From Phoronis australis (taxonomy: Eukaryota > Animalia > Phoronida): 64,000 nt of DNA. Shown here one piece after another: positions 1 to 13,705 of the stretch. The stretch spans positions 1,356,518 through 1,420,517 of the forward strand of contig NMRA01000022.1 of the NCBI GenBank assembly GCA_002633005.1, written 5' to 3'. The notes under the pieces were generated by a model. It was not told the DNA's origin and did no database searches. It was given only the letters and a program-made list of their open reading frames with translations. The stretch's first letter is position 1; the number at the start of each line of letters is the position of its first letter. The translations under genes and the position numbers were made by a program.

Positions 1-286
1 GTAATGTAACATGACTTGTGTAATTTACTAGGACCAGGCGACCAGTGATTGGCTTTGAAGTACCTCAAGGATCTATCGGTGAATTGTATTTTTGGTGAAA
101 ATGGTATCAAAAATTAATATAGATTAGGCTTTTCCTCTAAGTAACGGACCGTGGTTATTATTTGGTAACATTTCCATCAGATTTTATTGGCAGGTTTTCT
201 TACAATTGTTATAAAATGTCCTCTTGAGCGTGTTATTTGGAATTCACATAGAATACCAGAAGAATGAATGATTCTGCTCATTCCAG

Positions 287-435
287 CTAACGATATACGT
301 GGAGACTACACCTTCATTCACACGTTCAATGCCGACTGCAGAAACGCATACAAGGTGAACTCGGGTTCCATAGCAGTACTCAACGCTGAACAGTTCTACA
401 CCAAATATGAACCCAAATGGCACGTCTTCGAAAAG
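287..435 (+). CDS. PDIA4: PDIA4 exon (ANDIRGDYTFIHTF...WHVFEK)
   Basis: ttccag acceptor, AAG|GTATG donor; b-domain sequence EQFYTKYEPK. Confidence 0.88.
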
Positions 436-896
436 GTATGTGCACGTATTCAGTCTTAAGGAAAATTCTATTTTCCTCTTCTGTAAATAGGCTACTGTTT
501 TGTTGAATACAAGAAATAAATTAGCACACTTACCCTAGGTACTTGGTATTGAAGTTGCCTTGTAGTGTCTGAATATGATTTGATGTGATGTGTCAAGAGA
601 TTACAGTATTGTTACAGCACTTGAAGCATCTGAATTACAGTTAGTAGCTAGGCATTAATACAGGCATGACTGAAGCGGGATGTTTAAAGTGAAACTTTTA
701 ATTAAAAGTTCAGCAGTGAACATTCAGTCGAATGCTTGCATGATCCCAAATTGGTATGTTAATACTGTCACTCATTACTGAATATTAATTTAAAAGTAAA
801 TTTCTAAATTTCACTTTCTTTTTTACTTCTATCAGCCTAGACTTGTGAATGTTGCATGGCGTGTTAAAAGTAAAGCAAACTTGTTGTTGGTTGCAG

Positions 897-1056
897 GCAG
901 ATGCTTCAGTTAAAGACCTCCAGCAGTTCTACAGCGACCATCGTATCCCCCTGGTGGCAGAATATGTCTGGGATACTAAAGACAAAGCTTACAAAGACAA
1001 GTTCCCACTCTGCCTTGCCTTTTTCACCGTTGACTTTAGCTTCGACTACAGGGATG
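897..1056 (+). CDS. PDIA4: PDIA4 exon (ADASVKDLQQFY...VDFSFDYRD)
   Basis: ttgcag acceptor, G|GTATGT donor; VDFSFDYR motif. Confidence 0.9.
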
Positions 1057-1546
1057 GTATGTTTGTCTTTGTGACTGTAGGAGTTCAAAATTTTAATGGA
1101 TGATGTTGAGGTTTTCATTTTTTTTCGGAAAATACTTTATTTGCTTTCTTCACTATCAACTTTGGCCTTTGGAAGACTGTTGAGCAAGTTAATTAGTTTT
1201 TGCTAATGAATCGTATTCTTCGCTATCGACTTGACTTTGGCTGCGACATCAAATACCAGAAAACGCGAGTCATTTTGCAAAAGGTTGCATCCACTAATTA
1301 TTGATTAATATGCAATTCTTACACTTTGACAATTCCTAGACCTACTCAAAAAGGTAATTTTGCATGCAACTTATGGTGCAAGTATTTTTACATTATGCGG
1401 GATTATATTTTCGCCTAAAGTGAGAACATCGGGAAGAGAAAATATGTGAAGGCCAGCACTCACGATGGTACTCCAGGTTGTATTGTATTGTATTGTAACT
1501 ATTTCAGTGGTCTGTCAATAAGTGACTACTTCTTATTTTTATTTAG

Positions 1547-1687
1547 CCACCCAGGTCTGGAGGAAGAAGATTGCCGATGTTGCCAAAGACTTCAAGGATA
1601 TCACGTTCGCCATCGCTGATGAAGAAAAGATGTCTGACGACTTCAAATCATTCGGCTTCGACGATTCGGCCGAGGAGCTTAATATAG
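1547..1687 (+). CDS. PDIA4: PDIA4 exon (ATQVWRKKIADVAKDF...EELNI)
   Basis: tttag acceptor, G|GTAAC donor; FAIADEE motif. Confidence 0.9.
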   Translation, partial: PPRSGGRRLPMLPKTSRISRSPSLMKKRCLTTSNHSASTIRPRSLI

Positions 1688-3296
1688 GTAACAACAACCG
1701 CAATAATTCACCACGCATTTGGACTGTCTTCTCACATATTGCCGTTACGACTTACAATAGAATTTCACTTGAAAACATTTTGTGTACTATTTGAATATTT
1801 TTCATGAAAAAACATAACATTGGGTATTGCCGTCGCTAACGCGCCCAATGTCCACGTCTTCAAACAGAAGTACTGGAACTTTGTGCGTGGTTTTTTACTG
1901 TAGGCCTCAGCTAATCACTATTTTACTCTATTTTATGTTATTTACTCATCAAATTGTACATATTAACCAATTTTATACTAATTTATTTTATTTATTATCT
2001 TTTCAATCTAATTGTGTATAGCTATCTGTATTTTACTATTATTTCCGACTGAGTCCACTTGAAAATCAGTGTATTCACTGAAGTGGTCACCCTGTCTTTT
2101 AAAGAAGTTTAAATATTATAAATAAATAAACATTCCACTTGTCTTCCAAGTTATGTGACACATTGGTGACGTTTCCGTCTGTGCTTCAGCTATATTCAGT
2201 ATTGTCTTTGATCTCGTCTCATTCAAGACATGTCTGTTTATTGTCTGGCCTTTGCTCGCGCTAATGAAATTTAGCAAACATAAGTCCACAGGACTTGTAC
2301 AATAATTTTGTAACTCAAGCGATTGCATTTCTTGTGTTGATGATTCACTGGATTAAAATTGTCATATTTTGGCAACACTTGCTTGCACAAGCTTATTCCT
2401 TGGCAGTTTATTTGATCGTCCAGTATCATAAAGCAATTTTTCACCCAACAGCACACAATAAGGCAAAAAATGAATTTTTTGATAACTAGAGACAGATTGA
2501 CAGATTTCAGTGAAATCTTGACACAGAGGTATGTGACAACAATACACTGGTACCAGTCGATTTTTGGATGAATTTGATTACTGCAACACTCCCTAGTGCT
2601 TGTTCCATTTTAGAGATGATGGCTGCTACCAGTTTTGATTACAAAGTGCTGTCTCCATTGTGTTATTTTGTGTCGATCTCTGCATCTGCCAAACCACATG
2701 GTTGTTCTCTAAATAATGCAAAAAAGTAGACTTTGACCTTATACTTTTGGGATGCCTGGTGTTGTGTCTCTTTGTGCCATGATTGATTTGTTTGTAGTAA
2801 GTTGCAAATGGTAAAAATTATTTAACCTTTTTGATTTGATGTTAGTTTTAAAAAGTTGAGGCAATAACGCTTTTTTGTCAATTTTGACTACTGCAACTGA
2901 TCCTTTTAAGTTGTCTCCTTGTACCTTACCTGAAACTGGTGAACACCCCTAGAAACAAAGCGTTTACAGTGTACTGTGGGTGCATATCAACGCTTCGTGT
3001 TGCTCTTGTTGTCTACATCGAACGTAGTCAATTTGGCCCTGGGGACTTAGTGGTTTTTACAGCTGTCTTCTTTATTTTCTTCTTTCTGGAGCTGCAGCTC
3101 TGAAAAGCTTTCAGCAAAATCTTCGCACAATTTGATGTATGCTGAAGCTCGTAAGAAACGAGCGGGAAAGTGTTTTCTCACAAATGGCTCTTTTATGATT
3201 TTAGTTAAAGTTTGCTTTAGGGGTATTGTAATGCACAAAACACATGTACATATACATGTAATTTTTTTTAATTATTTGTTTAATATCTCAAATCAG

Positions 3297-3392
3297 GTTG
3301 TATTGGATCTGACAATCGCAAGTATCCCATGCCCCCCATGGAGGAGTATGATGAGGATGAAGTTAGAGAATTCATCAAGAAGGTTCAAGATG
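3297..3392 (+). CDS. PDIA4: PDIA4 exon (GCIGSDNRKYPMPPMEEYDEDEVREFIKKVQD)
   Basis: atcag acceptor, G|GTACG donor; phase 1-1; absent from the ORF track. Confidence 0.87.
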
Positions 3393-3787
3393 GTACGTTT
3401 TGTAGCAAAATAATTTTGATGTCAATTTCTTTGCTTCCTTTGATTGTCGATTTTTGAGAATAATGTTCATTTCCAGAGCAAGTATATCAGAATTAAGCCC
3501 AGTGAATGGCAGCTACACTGGGATTCTGTGGACTCGTTTTCACTCCAGTTGTGTAAATGTGTTGGGAGGTGAATTTAGTCATCCCTGTCAAGTTTGAATG
3601 GTCTGTTGTGAATAACACTAGCAGCTTTTTTCATAATGTACAAAGCCCATTGTTTTGATGGGTATCACCTTTTTACCACTAATTTCCTTGGCAATGAGAT
3701 TAAAATACTGCCAATCTTATGCATATGTCTTTATAGGCTCTACGTTATTAAAGGTCAATGCTTATTTGATTTTTACCATTTTTCCAG

Positions 3788-4200
3788 GAAAAGCTGAAGT
3801 ACACTTAAAATCTCAACCAGTACCAAAGGGCAAGCAGGGACCCGTAGCCGTCGTCGTTGGAAAGAATTTTGATAAGGTTGTCATGGATACCAAGAAGGAC
3901 GTGCTGATTGAGTTTTATGCCCCTTGGTGTGGTCACTGTAAATCACTGGAGCCAAAGTACAAAAAACTTGCAAAGAAGTTGAAAGAGGAGAAAAATCTTG
4001 TCATCGCCAAGATGGATTCCACCGCAAATGATGCTCCTTCGCAGTTCAAAGTTGAGGGATTCCCCACCCTTTATTTCGCACCGTCCAACAACAAAGACAC
4101 TCCTATCAAATTTGATGGCAATAGGGAAGTTGATGATCTACTTAAATTTATCAAGGAGCACGCCACTGTATCAATGAAAGAGAGTAAAGATGAGCTGTAG
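3788..4200 (+). CDS. PDIA4: PDIA4 last exon: a' thioredoxin domain + KDEL
   Basis: ttccag acceptor; EFYAPWCGHCK; ends KDEL-TAG. Confidence 0.95.
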
Positions 4201-6965
4201 CCATAGTTGGTTTTAGTCTTGAATCATACTCGCCTTGTTTAATTGTTTAATACTGCTTGTATTTGATGCAACAATATTTTATTTGCAATGGTGTACTGGC
4301 ATTGGTTCATGAAGTACATGACCAACTAAGTTAGTTTATTCTTTAAGTGCTCATAATCCCGCATTTCATCAAAAAAATGAATTTTTGATTTAAAACACTG
4401 TGCTATAATAAATACGTCCCTTACTCAAGTGAGGAGTGACTTGTGGTCTTGCGAAGAACTCATGCTTAGTTATTCCTCGAGACCTTGGTCGGTACATAAA
4501 ATGACGCACCGTGGCAAGCCAATTTTTAAGTGTTAACTTTAAAAAGAGCTTAATCTCTAGAAATAACGACCAGAAAGTTCTTTCAAAGCCAAGAAATCAC
4601 TTCGAACTTGACTAAGAAAGAATTCAAGACCAATTTCATAATGGTAAGTGGTTTAAATCAAAGTTGTTTTTGTGATGGAAGGCAGGTCTACAGTGACTTA
4701 GCATTTCATGTTTCATTATTTTATCGTTTGTCCTTTGCGTGTTTTTCTACGTGACATTCCTAAAATGTTCAAAACATGAATGAACAGTTTAAAATTCATC
4801 ATGAAATTTTATATTTAAGGATGATGGTTAAAAGCTGAAAGTGAAGCCGGATAGCTCTCAAATAATAGTGCAACTTACACTAGGTACACCTGTGTAGTTT
4901 CTGTAGACTGGGTGTAGGAATAATGGTGTTCAGTTTAGGACAAGATAAAATGGGTGGATTGGATTTGCAGGCAATGTCGCCCACGAGTGGGTGATCACAA
5001 GAAGTCAGAATGCTAAAATTCGTTGCCAGATAAGTTTGACTACAGTAACCCTGCTGATGTCTCGATTTCAATTCAAGTATTCACTTGTCAAAGGGGCCAC
5101 GTTGTCATTTTTGTACCAGGTTGAAAAGGCAATGTGCAGATATAAACCAGAAAGAATGCATTTTGTCAAGAGTTGAATGTTTACCTCCAGAGAACAAACG
5201 TGTTTGTAATTACTGTAATTTTGGTCAACTATTGCCAACCATAATCTTGTTCATGTCTATTGTTAACAGAAAACAATATATTTCGTTTTTCTCTTGTTAT
5301 GAGACTGCATTTGTTTGTTTGATAGTGCTGCACACATTAATTGCGAGTTTGGCAAGACTACATGTATGCTTGGTGAAATGAAAGGTCTTGCCACAGAGTG
5401 CAATCGGTAGACATTTCCAGCCACACACCAGGAAAATGGCATGCCATGGTTACTTGGTGTTGAATTCCAGGAGTAGGGGGTGGATTGGTCCTCGCAATCC
5501 ATGTAGTGTCTATTGGGAAGCATCCTTTGTTTAAGATAAAATTCATGCAACACACAACCATAATCAAGATTCACAATTTTAATTTCAGATCTGTCCTACT
5601 TCTTAGATAATCTTCAGATGCTTTCCTCACTTCTACATTGTATACAACAGTTGGTATAATGCGTATATAGTATCTCTTGGTGAACTGCAGTGGTTCAGTG
5701 AGACAAGTGATGGAATAATACTCACAAAGTGTGATCTTCACTCAACTTGCACAATTTCCAGGCTTCAGTTGTCTTGACAAGTCAGATATTGCCTTATGCA
5801 GTGAAAATATCAGGAAACTGTTTTGGTCAGATGTTGAGTTTAACTACGATGATCTTACTTGTACCTAATCAGAGTTCACATCTACTTTGAACATTGGAAT
5901 TCTTTCAAAGAACAAAATACCATTTAATTCCATTCCATTTCAACACACATGAGTTCAACAACAAAAACATGCTAATGAAAATTGCCCCAGAAACCTTTGA
6001 CATAGCAACAGTCAAAAATTACCATAAGAGTAAGATAGAAGCAACCCATCCATCCAACATTTGAAGTCAGTCTCGAACAGGACAATTATAATTGTCATTA
6101 ATTTCCATTATGGTAAAGCCACAGCTTCACACCTGAAACTTTATACACAATAAATTGTACTAAGAACGAAATTAGACAAGGTTTTGAACAGCTTCAGTAA
6201 GCATACTACAAAACAACCAGAATGTAGAGTAATGTTGAACGATGCCTAGTAAACTGATTGTCAAAGACAGTGGTGACATTCAATCAACCTTTGGGGATCA
6301 ATTTTCAACATGCAAATAATTTTTCATTATTCAGCTGCAGATTAGAATAACTTAACAAATAATCAACCTCGCAGAACACCTACAGTTCAAAACAAACTTC
6401 GAGAGAACTGCCAAGCCTGAATAAACATTTTGCCAGAATTCTTCAGCAGTTAAGTTGAATTTTTATCACAATGAAATGGCAATTTTGTCACAACTAGAGT
6501 TTAATCTGAGATTATTAGGCCTGGCTGGTAATTGTTGATGTTATAACTTGGCGAGTAAACAAAATTTTGGTGATGTGAATGGAGCAACACCAGTCAAGAC
6601 TTAGACACAACTGAAACGTATAGTAGTCTATCATAAACGGATATTTAGTTGTGATTTTGTGTGTTGAAACTTTGTCCAATTTTGACAAGGCCAATGATAG
6701 ATAGAGTTGTACACTGGTGAGTCATGTGTAGAGCATATTCTCAAATTCAGTTTCAAGGGATGTCGTTTCAGGAGCAGCATCTCCAGTGTGCTCCTTGACA
6801 AATAAGAAAACTGACAAATCAGGAATATCATAAAAATTAAAAGAATTTAAAAATGGATTCTGTGTCTTGAGAAACCAATTCAACAGCAGCTCTCACCATG
6901 CCACCATTTTGGTCATTAACAACTGCCATCAGGCACTCACACAACCTAGTGTTACTGCCACCTGT

Positions 6966-7169
6966 CTAGTCACTGGACTTGTAGTGTTGTAGCGTCCTGG
7001 CTGAGGGATCACTAGCAGCGATCCACTTGGGCATCCAATAATAGGGGATCCAGCGAGAACAGCCGGGGTAGTAGGATTCAAAGATCTTACGGTAGTAGTA
7101 TGCCTCCTTGGTTCGTGGTGGGTTGTACTTGTATACGTCAGGTGACAGCTCCATGGCCTCGTCCTCAAT
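6966..7169 (-). CDS. ASNS: ASNS last exon (IEDEAM...TKEAYYYRKIF...DPSARTLQHYKSSD)
   Basis: ttacag acceptor; DPSAR motif; TAG stop. Confidence 0.95.
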   Translation of the reverse strand: MEDEAMELSPDVYKYNPPRTKEAYYYRKIFESYYPGCSRWIPYYWMPKWIAASDPSARTLQHYKSSD

Positions 7170-7950
7170 CTGTAACAACAGGACAAAGTGAATGAATACG
7201 ATCCAGATAAAGTTTTGCCATTTGGCCAATCACTTGTAATTTATTGAATCTGTGACAAAAAAGTACACCGAACTTGTGTAGCAGAACAAAATTGTCAATG
7301 CATTCTGTCAGAAGTGAGTTAAAAATAGTGCCTGAAGTGCCTTTTGTAACTGAAAGGAACTTTATGACTTGATACCGGTACACATTCTGACAATCAATCA
7401 ACAGCCTTGAAGTCCTGTTTGGACAACTCAACCGGTCAGAAAGTCAGGTGCAGGTTTAGATCAAAGTCACCATGTCGTTGTGATTATTTAAATAGTCTCA
7501 GGCTGCTGAGTTATCGTTCTCTAGATAATGAGACCCATCATAAACACATTGGGGGTGACAGTATTTTTAATAGCACGTCGTTTGAATAGTTTGCGAAAAG
7601 CATGGCTGCGTGATTAGATTTTTGAATTAATTGAAAATTGGACAAGAAATGTAATTTCTACAACCTAAAGCGTTTGTTTCGTGTTGCAATAATATGTTCC
7701 TCATTAATTTTTCTGGGAATGCAACATAATTGGGCCAATTACCAAACCACCAGAAACCAGTTGGATTTTGAGGTAAGCCAAGTGTCATCGTACAATACTT
7801 GGCATGACAAACAATAAACAGGGAGTACAAAGTAAGTAAATAAATTTTAGTAGTTCATAAATTGATAATTATTCTTCACACAAACTTGGGTATTTCTACA
7901 TTCATGATAACCATATCCTCACGTCATTGTTACATAACTTCCAAACCCAC

Positions 7951-8188
7951 CTGTTCCTCCACATGGTCCTGTAGTATCTCATACCATGACTTCTTCAGTG
8001 ACGACACACCATCACTGAATGCCTCCTTTGGTCGCCACAGCACATCCTCAGGAATCAAGTCGGTGCCCTCGAAGGCCGAGCGCAACAGGTGCTTCTCCAC
8101 ACCTTTCTTGGGTACTCGTGCCTCAAGAGGTAAGCCCAGGTAGTAGCTGGTAAACTGGTGGTCCAGGAAGGGCACACGTAGTTCCAGC
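7951..8188 (-). CDS. ASNS: ASNS exon (LELRVPFLD...[10 protein letters not shown]...VEEQ)
   Basis: cttag / GTGGGT; ORF 7930-8241. Confidence 0.95.
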
Positions 8189-8363
8189 CTAAGAAGGTTT
8201 AGAAAGCTGCCAGTGAGTTTTAGCAAAATGCGCGTACACATGCATGCGTGTGTGTTTGTGTGTGTGTGCGTGTGTGCCCTTTGATGAAATATCTGTCACA
8301 AAAAGCAAACGAGGAATAACAGAAAGCAATTTAGACTCTGGATGATTTGCCCAAACTACTCAC

Positions 8364-8571
8364 CCATGAGCCGCAGTCGTCCTATCAGCTCGCAATACAT
8401 CATACAAGTAAAGATCCTCTTGAAGCCGTCGGGACTCTGCGTCACCATCTTCAGGGTTGGGACTTTTGTGAAAATAGATGTATCCCTGTGCCAGTTCGTC
8501 ACTACCCTCCCCTGACATGATCACGACTGAGTCAGTCTTCTCACGGATATACTTCGACACCAGGTACATAC
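8364..8571 (-). CDS. ASNS: ASNS exon (GMYLVSKYI...SGEGSDE...[10 protein letters not shown])
   Basis: ttag / GTGAGT; ORF 8360-8569. Confidence 0.95.
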
Positions 8572-9554
8572 CTAAGCAGAGGAAAAATTCACAATACAGG
8601 CTATCTGACTCATAAACTGTGACTATGCTCTCACTGAAAAAATGGGGGAATTTAAGATCAAAATTAGCCTGCTACTTTCAATTACACGCAATTTTCTTCA
8701 ATCGCATTTCCTTGACAACTAGTTATTTATATACATCACGGAAGTCTTCCATAAACTAGCCCCTTCTTAAAGTGGAACTTAATACACGTTTACTCAATCC
8801 TCATCTCTGTGATTGCTTAGTGAAATTACTGACTGTAGTTAGAAACACAATACATAGCGACAATGTGAATATCAAGTAGGGTGAAAATTGCTAAATGTTT
8901 TAAGAACGAGTTTTGTGTCGAAAACGAATCTGCCCTAAATCACTCAACCATGTCGAGTAAGTATCGTTACGTGGTGTTGAGGAATAACACTGCATGATGC
9001 AGGTTATGTGAGCACCCAAGGTATGTCATTAGTGCAAAGGTCACTTATAAATTTGCAAAAAAAATTTGTTTTCACATTTGCCAGTTGTCAACGAATACAA
9101 CTTCAGCACTTTGCTTAGCGTAGATGATGTTGCAATTATAGCTGTGTCGTGTCGTTTAGTTCCTGCTTTACATTAGCATTAAGTTCGGAGCATGCAATCT
9201 CTAAATAATGTATAATACGTAATAACCCATATTTGAATGTTTTCCAAATTAAAGAAAGAAAGACAAACTAATTAATATAATTCATGAGTCAGATTCTTCA
9301 AGTGACGTCATATACTTGTGCACATCTATGGAGTACTTCATCAAAATTGTTGTAAATATTTCTGACAGAGCCCAACTGGGAAACAGCGAAATTACTGATA
9401 AGTACTTCATACTTAGGCTTTCAAATATGCTATGATTTTTTTTGTAAAACAAAATACAATTTCCAGAAAAAAAACAACTTACGTTTATGCAGGACCATAT
9501 TGACAAAATGTGTGTGTATTTAGACAAAATTAGATAAAACTAAAGATTTTAACT

Positions 9555-9790
9555 CAGTAAAAGTGTATGTTTTCCCAATCTGTTACTAACCAGGTCACAT
9601 GACCAAGCTTTTTTAGTGAAATTTAAACTAAAGAAAGGACAAGATACAAAACAACAATATCAAAAACACGAACAAAGTCTATTAGATTTAAATGTTCGAG
9701 GTGAAATCTCAAAAACGTTGATCACTTTGAGCAACTTAAAGTTTTTACATAAAAATCATGAAAGTCATAGCCCCTTGTGCAAAAACACAA
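9555..9790. repeat. Old dispersed repeat with a diverged inverted relative at ~35910-36235 (boundaries approximate)
   Basis: actcagtaa...ggtcacatgacca...gtgaaatctcaa vs ttgagatttcac...tggtcacgtgacc...ttactgagt. Confidence 0.5.
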
Positions 9791-9994
9791 TATTTTAAAA
9801 AGTTAAATATCCCTAACAGCATTTTGGAAAACACTACATAAATCCCAGTTCGAACTGAACATTTCTTAAGAATACAAACAGCCATTTCTAAGACATGATG
9901 TTCCAAATTTTGAAATTTTTCTTTTAAGGTTGTTCAAGGTCAAATCTTAAAAAAACAGATATCACGTTTAGAATAGGCTACTAAACAAACCTAC

Positions 9995-10121
9995 CTACTG
10001 ATGCCCGTATCGTGGTGATGTCATAGCTCTCCAAGTGGTAAATCACTTCCTTCACAGCTTCACAACCCTCCTCTGCAGTAAACATCACCTCATGGTGCTC
10101 AGTACCCAGATGTTTAGCTAC
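9995..10121 (-). CDS. ASNS: ASNS exon ([12 protein letters not shown]...[12 protein letters not shown])
   Basis: gatag / GTAGGT; YDITTIRAS motif. Confidence 0.93.
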
Positions 10122-10905
10122 CTATCACCATAAGTACAGGGTGATATATCAAAAGTACCCACCATAAGAACGGGGTGATGAAAAGGGAGATGACGAGAAA
10201 TGCATTGTCATATAAAGGGAGACAGAGTTATAAAAATTTTGGGAGCCCTAATCTTACATTTCTCCTATTTGTCAAAATTTAAACTCTCAGAAGTTCAGGA
10301 TAATACAAAAGCGAACTGCAGCATTACAGGATCCTATGGTATGGAGAAAGCTAGTCGTAATCCCAACCAAATCTAGTTTATTTTATGTATTGGCTTTGGC
10401 GTTGAGATTCTCACAGCCCACTTTTTTACAGACTTATGATCTTTACAGCTTTAACCACAACACAGCTATATTCAATTGTAATCAAGTAGCTTGTGATTTG
10501 TTTGTGGTCTGTGGTCAGTTGGTTTCAAAAGCCAGCTGTTTACAATATGCACACATATAACCTAAAGGCACCAAAAAACTACCATGACTGAGTGCAAACT
10601 GTCTGTCCAATGACCCTTTAGGTTGATATAAAGGTCAAATCAGGGTCAGATAAACACAACTCACAAAGGCCAATCACTTCAGACTGAAACCTGTAACCTC
10701 AAATTCTAAATGCAGCTTAAAGTTGAGGAATACTTGTTTTAACACTTTAATTGGTTACAAATCGAATCGTTTGGAATTGAAGCCAGACAAGATTCCATTT
10801 GTTTTGATAAAGTTTCAATTTTTTTCCACAAACACATTGAGGTCATTTAATTGTCGTCTTTGATTGGCAACATTTGAGACTGGGGACGCAAATCACATCA
10901 AACAT

Positions 10906-13095
10906 CAGAGCTCAACGCTAATAAAATCGGCAGGTTGCATTTTGCGACCTAGGCAAAATCCCAGGTCGCATTTTCGAAATCCAGCTTGCATTGATTCATA
11001 AATGCCAGGTCACAAAATTTTCGCGCCATTTTTATGCGCCAAAATTAATTTTTTTGATCATCGAGAAAATGTTTAGATTATGCTTTTACTTGCAGCGTTA
11101 AATACTCACAAATTTCAGATTCCAAAATTGTCTTCGTTCATGCAGGTACAGCGTTACTGTTCTTCACGACCGCCTTGAAAGGCTCTAGAGCGCAAGGCAA
11201 TTTGCCGACGTGAATGTTGAATTAGTGCTCTCTAACTGACATGTGAATTCGAGTAGCCAAGTTTGCGATATAAGGGGAGAAAATGCCCATTGAAAAAGTA
11301 TCCGGGATTTTGCTAGGTCTAACCTGCTACTGGCTGTCATCAAAGTCGTTAAAGATTCAAATCAACTCTGAGTGCAAATTTCCCGGCTCCGTTTTTTTGT
11401 TCGCAGCCCAAATTTTGCAACTTGACTTTTGAAAAACATCTGTCGAAAAAAATCTGTGAAATGATGCCCTAACCGAATAAACGATTCAGTGCAAATTTTA
11501 CAACAAAAATGTGGTACTTATGCTGTTTACGTAGCGCTACTCAACAATTAGCCTCGAAATAATTCCCGACTCCCTGAGTGAGTTTCCATTGGGTAATGGC
11601 AAGTTTGCTCCTCAATACCTTTCAAGTACGGGAAAAAAAGATCAGTCACAAAACGACACGCATGTCACTAGTGCTAACTTTCTTTTGGAGGTATAAAACA
11701 AAGCCGGGAATTGTTTTTTTACACTATTGAGAAAAGACATTTTTTGAAAATTGGTTGTGTAAACTGAGACTGGCACACCATATAGGCTGCGTGTCAATTT
11801 TAAACCACGCGCGGTCGTTTGTAGTGCGCTATGATGGGTGCTAGCCTGAACTGTGGGCGCTTAATAGGAAATTATCAAAAGTTCAGGGGGAACGCTTTGT
11901 AGATCAATGAGCGCTTCAAAGGTAGGGAGTAAACTTGTGCGTGAGCACAGTCGATAACCTGAGTGTTTGCAGTAAAAAGATATCAAAAGACTACAATGAT
12001 AAGACACGTTATAATAACATGATTTTGCGAGGCAAACTCCATCTAGTAGGGGTAACTTTCTGGATATCGTTATCACCTACACCATAAAATTTTAGCCACC
12101 CAGAATAATTTTGTTTTTAATTGCCTGCTTCAGCCGGAACAAGATTGTTTCTATTGGAGTCTGAACATTTTTATGGCAGCGGTGGTCCGGGGAGCGAAAA
12201 GTTGGCGGGGAGGGGGTGTATGAAGAGAAGAATAAAAAGTTCGCTAACCACAATTTCGCATCTAGTACCCGTTTCGTTGCAATAGCTGGCTACGGGCATA
12301 GAATATTGGGTTTAGAGAACATCAATCTCAGGGAAGATCGGAACCGGAAAATATCAGTTCTGGTTTATGTCAGTCGAGGGTGAATATCGTAAAGATCGGG
12401 TCTTTTATAACCGCCGCAAATCTATCAGGGGGTTCATTTTCAAATAAACCATTGGCACCCAGGTGCTTAACAGAGCCAAGCCGGTATACTCTTTCAAGTA
12501 GGACTGTCGCTGTTCTCTTTTGATGTGCAGCTTTGAACTGGTGCACACGCGTGAGTTCAAGCACTTGAATCGCTGGAATAGGCCTACACGTTACATTGGC
12601 AACAACGTGTGAAAGACAAATCATATTTCACGCACGTAGCTCCAGAAACAATTAAGTAAAGGGGTTTGAGAATTTCTTGGGAACTGAAAGTAACGATGTG
12701 ATCGTCATTTGACGATAAATAAGGTTGTCATTTTCACTTTGGCTGTCTTATGGGATAAAAACGAGGTGCACATCTCTCACTCTCATGCAATCACGATTGT
12801 CTGCCGGGACTGCTTGCACGCTAACAACGGAACCGACCAGCGCCCCAATACGATATCAGGGATATTGTCGTGGATATTTGGTACATGTAATAAGGACATC
12901 TTATGCAAAAAATAAACATATTTGTCTACCACAAAGTTTGGTAAGTGTTGATCGGTTAAGAATTAAAAGAAACACTGCTGCTTTGTGACGTTTTTTAACG
13001 TGTTATGCAGTGGCCCGAAACTTTCTTCGGCGAATCCGGAAATTTCCTAACTTCGGGTCAGGAATGCGACCTGCAGCTCGTTAAGACGAGCCCTG
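10906..13095. mobile_element. 2.19-kb non-autonomous DNA transposon in an ASNS intron, 5-bp TSD (hAT5-like, tentative)
   Basis: Termini CAGAGCTC.../...GAGCCCTG with subterminal GCAGGTYGCATT inverted motifs; AACAT on both sides (10901-10905, 13096-13100); no transposase ORF recognised. Confidence 0.75.
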
Positions 13096-13178
13096 AACAT
13101 GCAGATTTGTATTGAAAAACTAACGACCCATTTTCCTTAAATTCATGTTGAATATACTACAAATGACAAGCTACTAAC

Positions 13179-13309
13179 CTTCCTTGCATTGAGTACATCA
13201 GGAGATTCTTCACCCATTCCAATGGAGAATGTTTGTATCTTGTACGGTAGTTTGAGTTCATTAGCACACTGTACAACCAGGGCTGCGACTAGACTAGAGT
13301 CTAGACCAC
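13179..13309 (-). CDS. ASNS: ASNS exon ([11 protein letters not shown]...DVLNARK)
   Basis: ttttcag / GTTAGT; PP-loop SGGLDS. Confidence 0.94.
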
Positions 13310-13609
13310 CTGAAAATGTAGTCAAAGATGTTTCAATGGAATTTGTATTGTATGTGCACAAATGTTATCAAAATAAAATCTAAAATAAAATCAAAAAAGC
13401 TTTGCATTTGGCTATAAACTGACAGTTTTGAAGGTTTTTACTATATACTCACAAGTGCATCTGGTGGTGTTAAAAAAAACTAAGAATTGTTCACCTCCTG
13501 TGTTTGAATGGATAATTATGCTAATCTCGGTTAGCTTTAAAAATCCAAATGCATCAAGTCCACAACACCACTTAGGCTATAAAGATGAAAAACATGTCTC
13601 CCTATTTAC

Positions 13610-13705
13610 CTGACAAGAGACACCCAATCCGTCTCTGAGATGCCATCCTCTTTTTAACAGCTGCTTTTAACAGATTACGGATGTTGAGTTTGACATCCAC
13701 GGGAT
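13610..13705 (-). CDS. ASNS: ASNS exon (DPVDVKLNIR...RRIGCLLS)
   Basis: ttgcag / GTAAAT; RRIGCLLSGG motif across the junction. Confidence 0.92.

Larger units (their letters stand above)
287..4200 (+). other. PDIA4: Gene span (3' part): protein disulfide-isomerase A4 (ERp72); upstream exons lie before the window
   Basis: join(287-435,897-1056,1547-1687,3297-3392,3788-4200), all GT-AG with matching phases. FFTVDFSFDYRDATQVWRKKI matches the PDIA4 b' domain; last exon has WCGHC and C-terminal KDEL. Confidence 0.93.

Noticed and set aside
3655-3787. Hydrophobic N-terminus of the 181-aa ORF as a signal peptide of a stand-alone thioredoxin
   Set aside because: It is intron sequence upstream of the 3788 acceptor of PDIA4.
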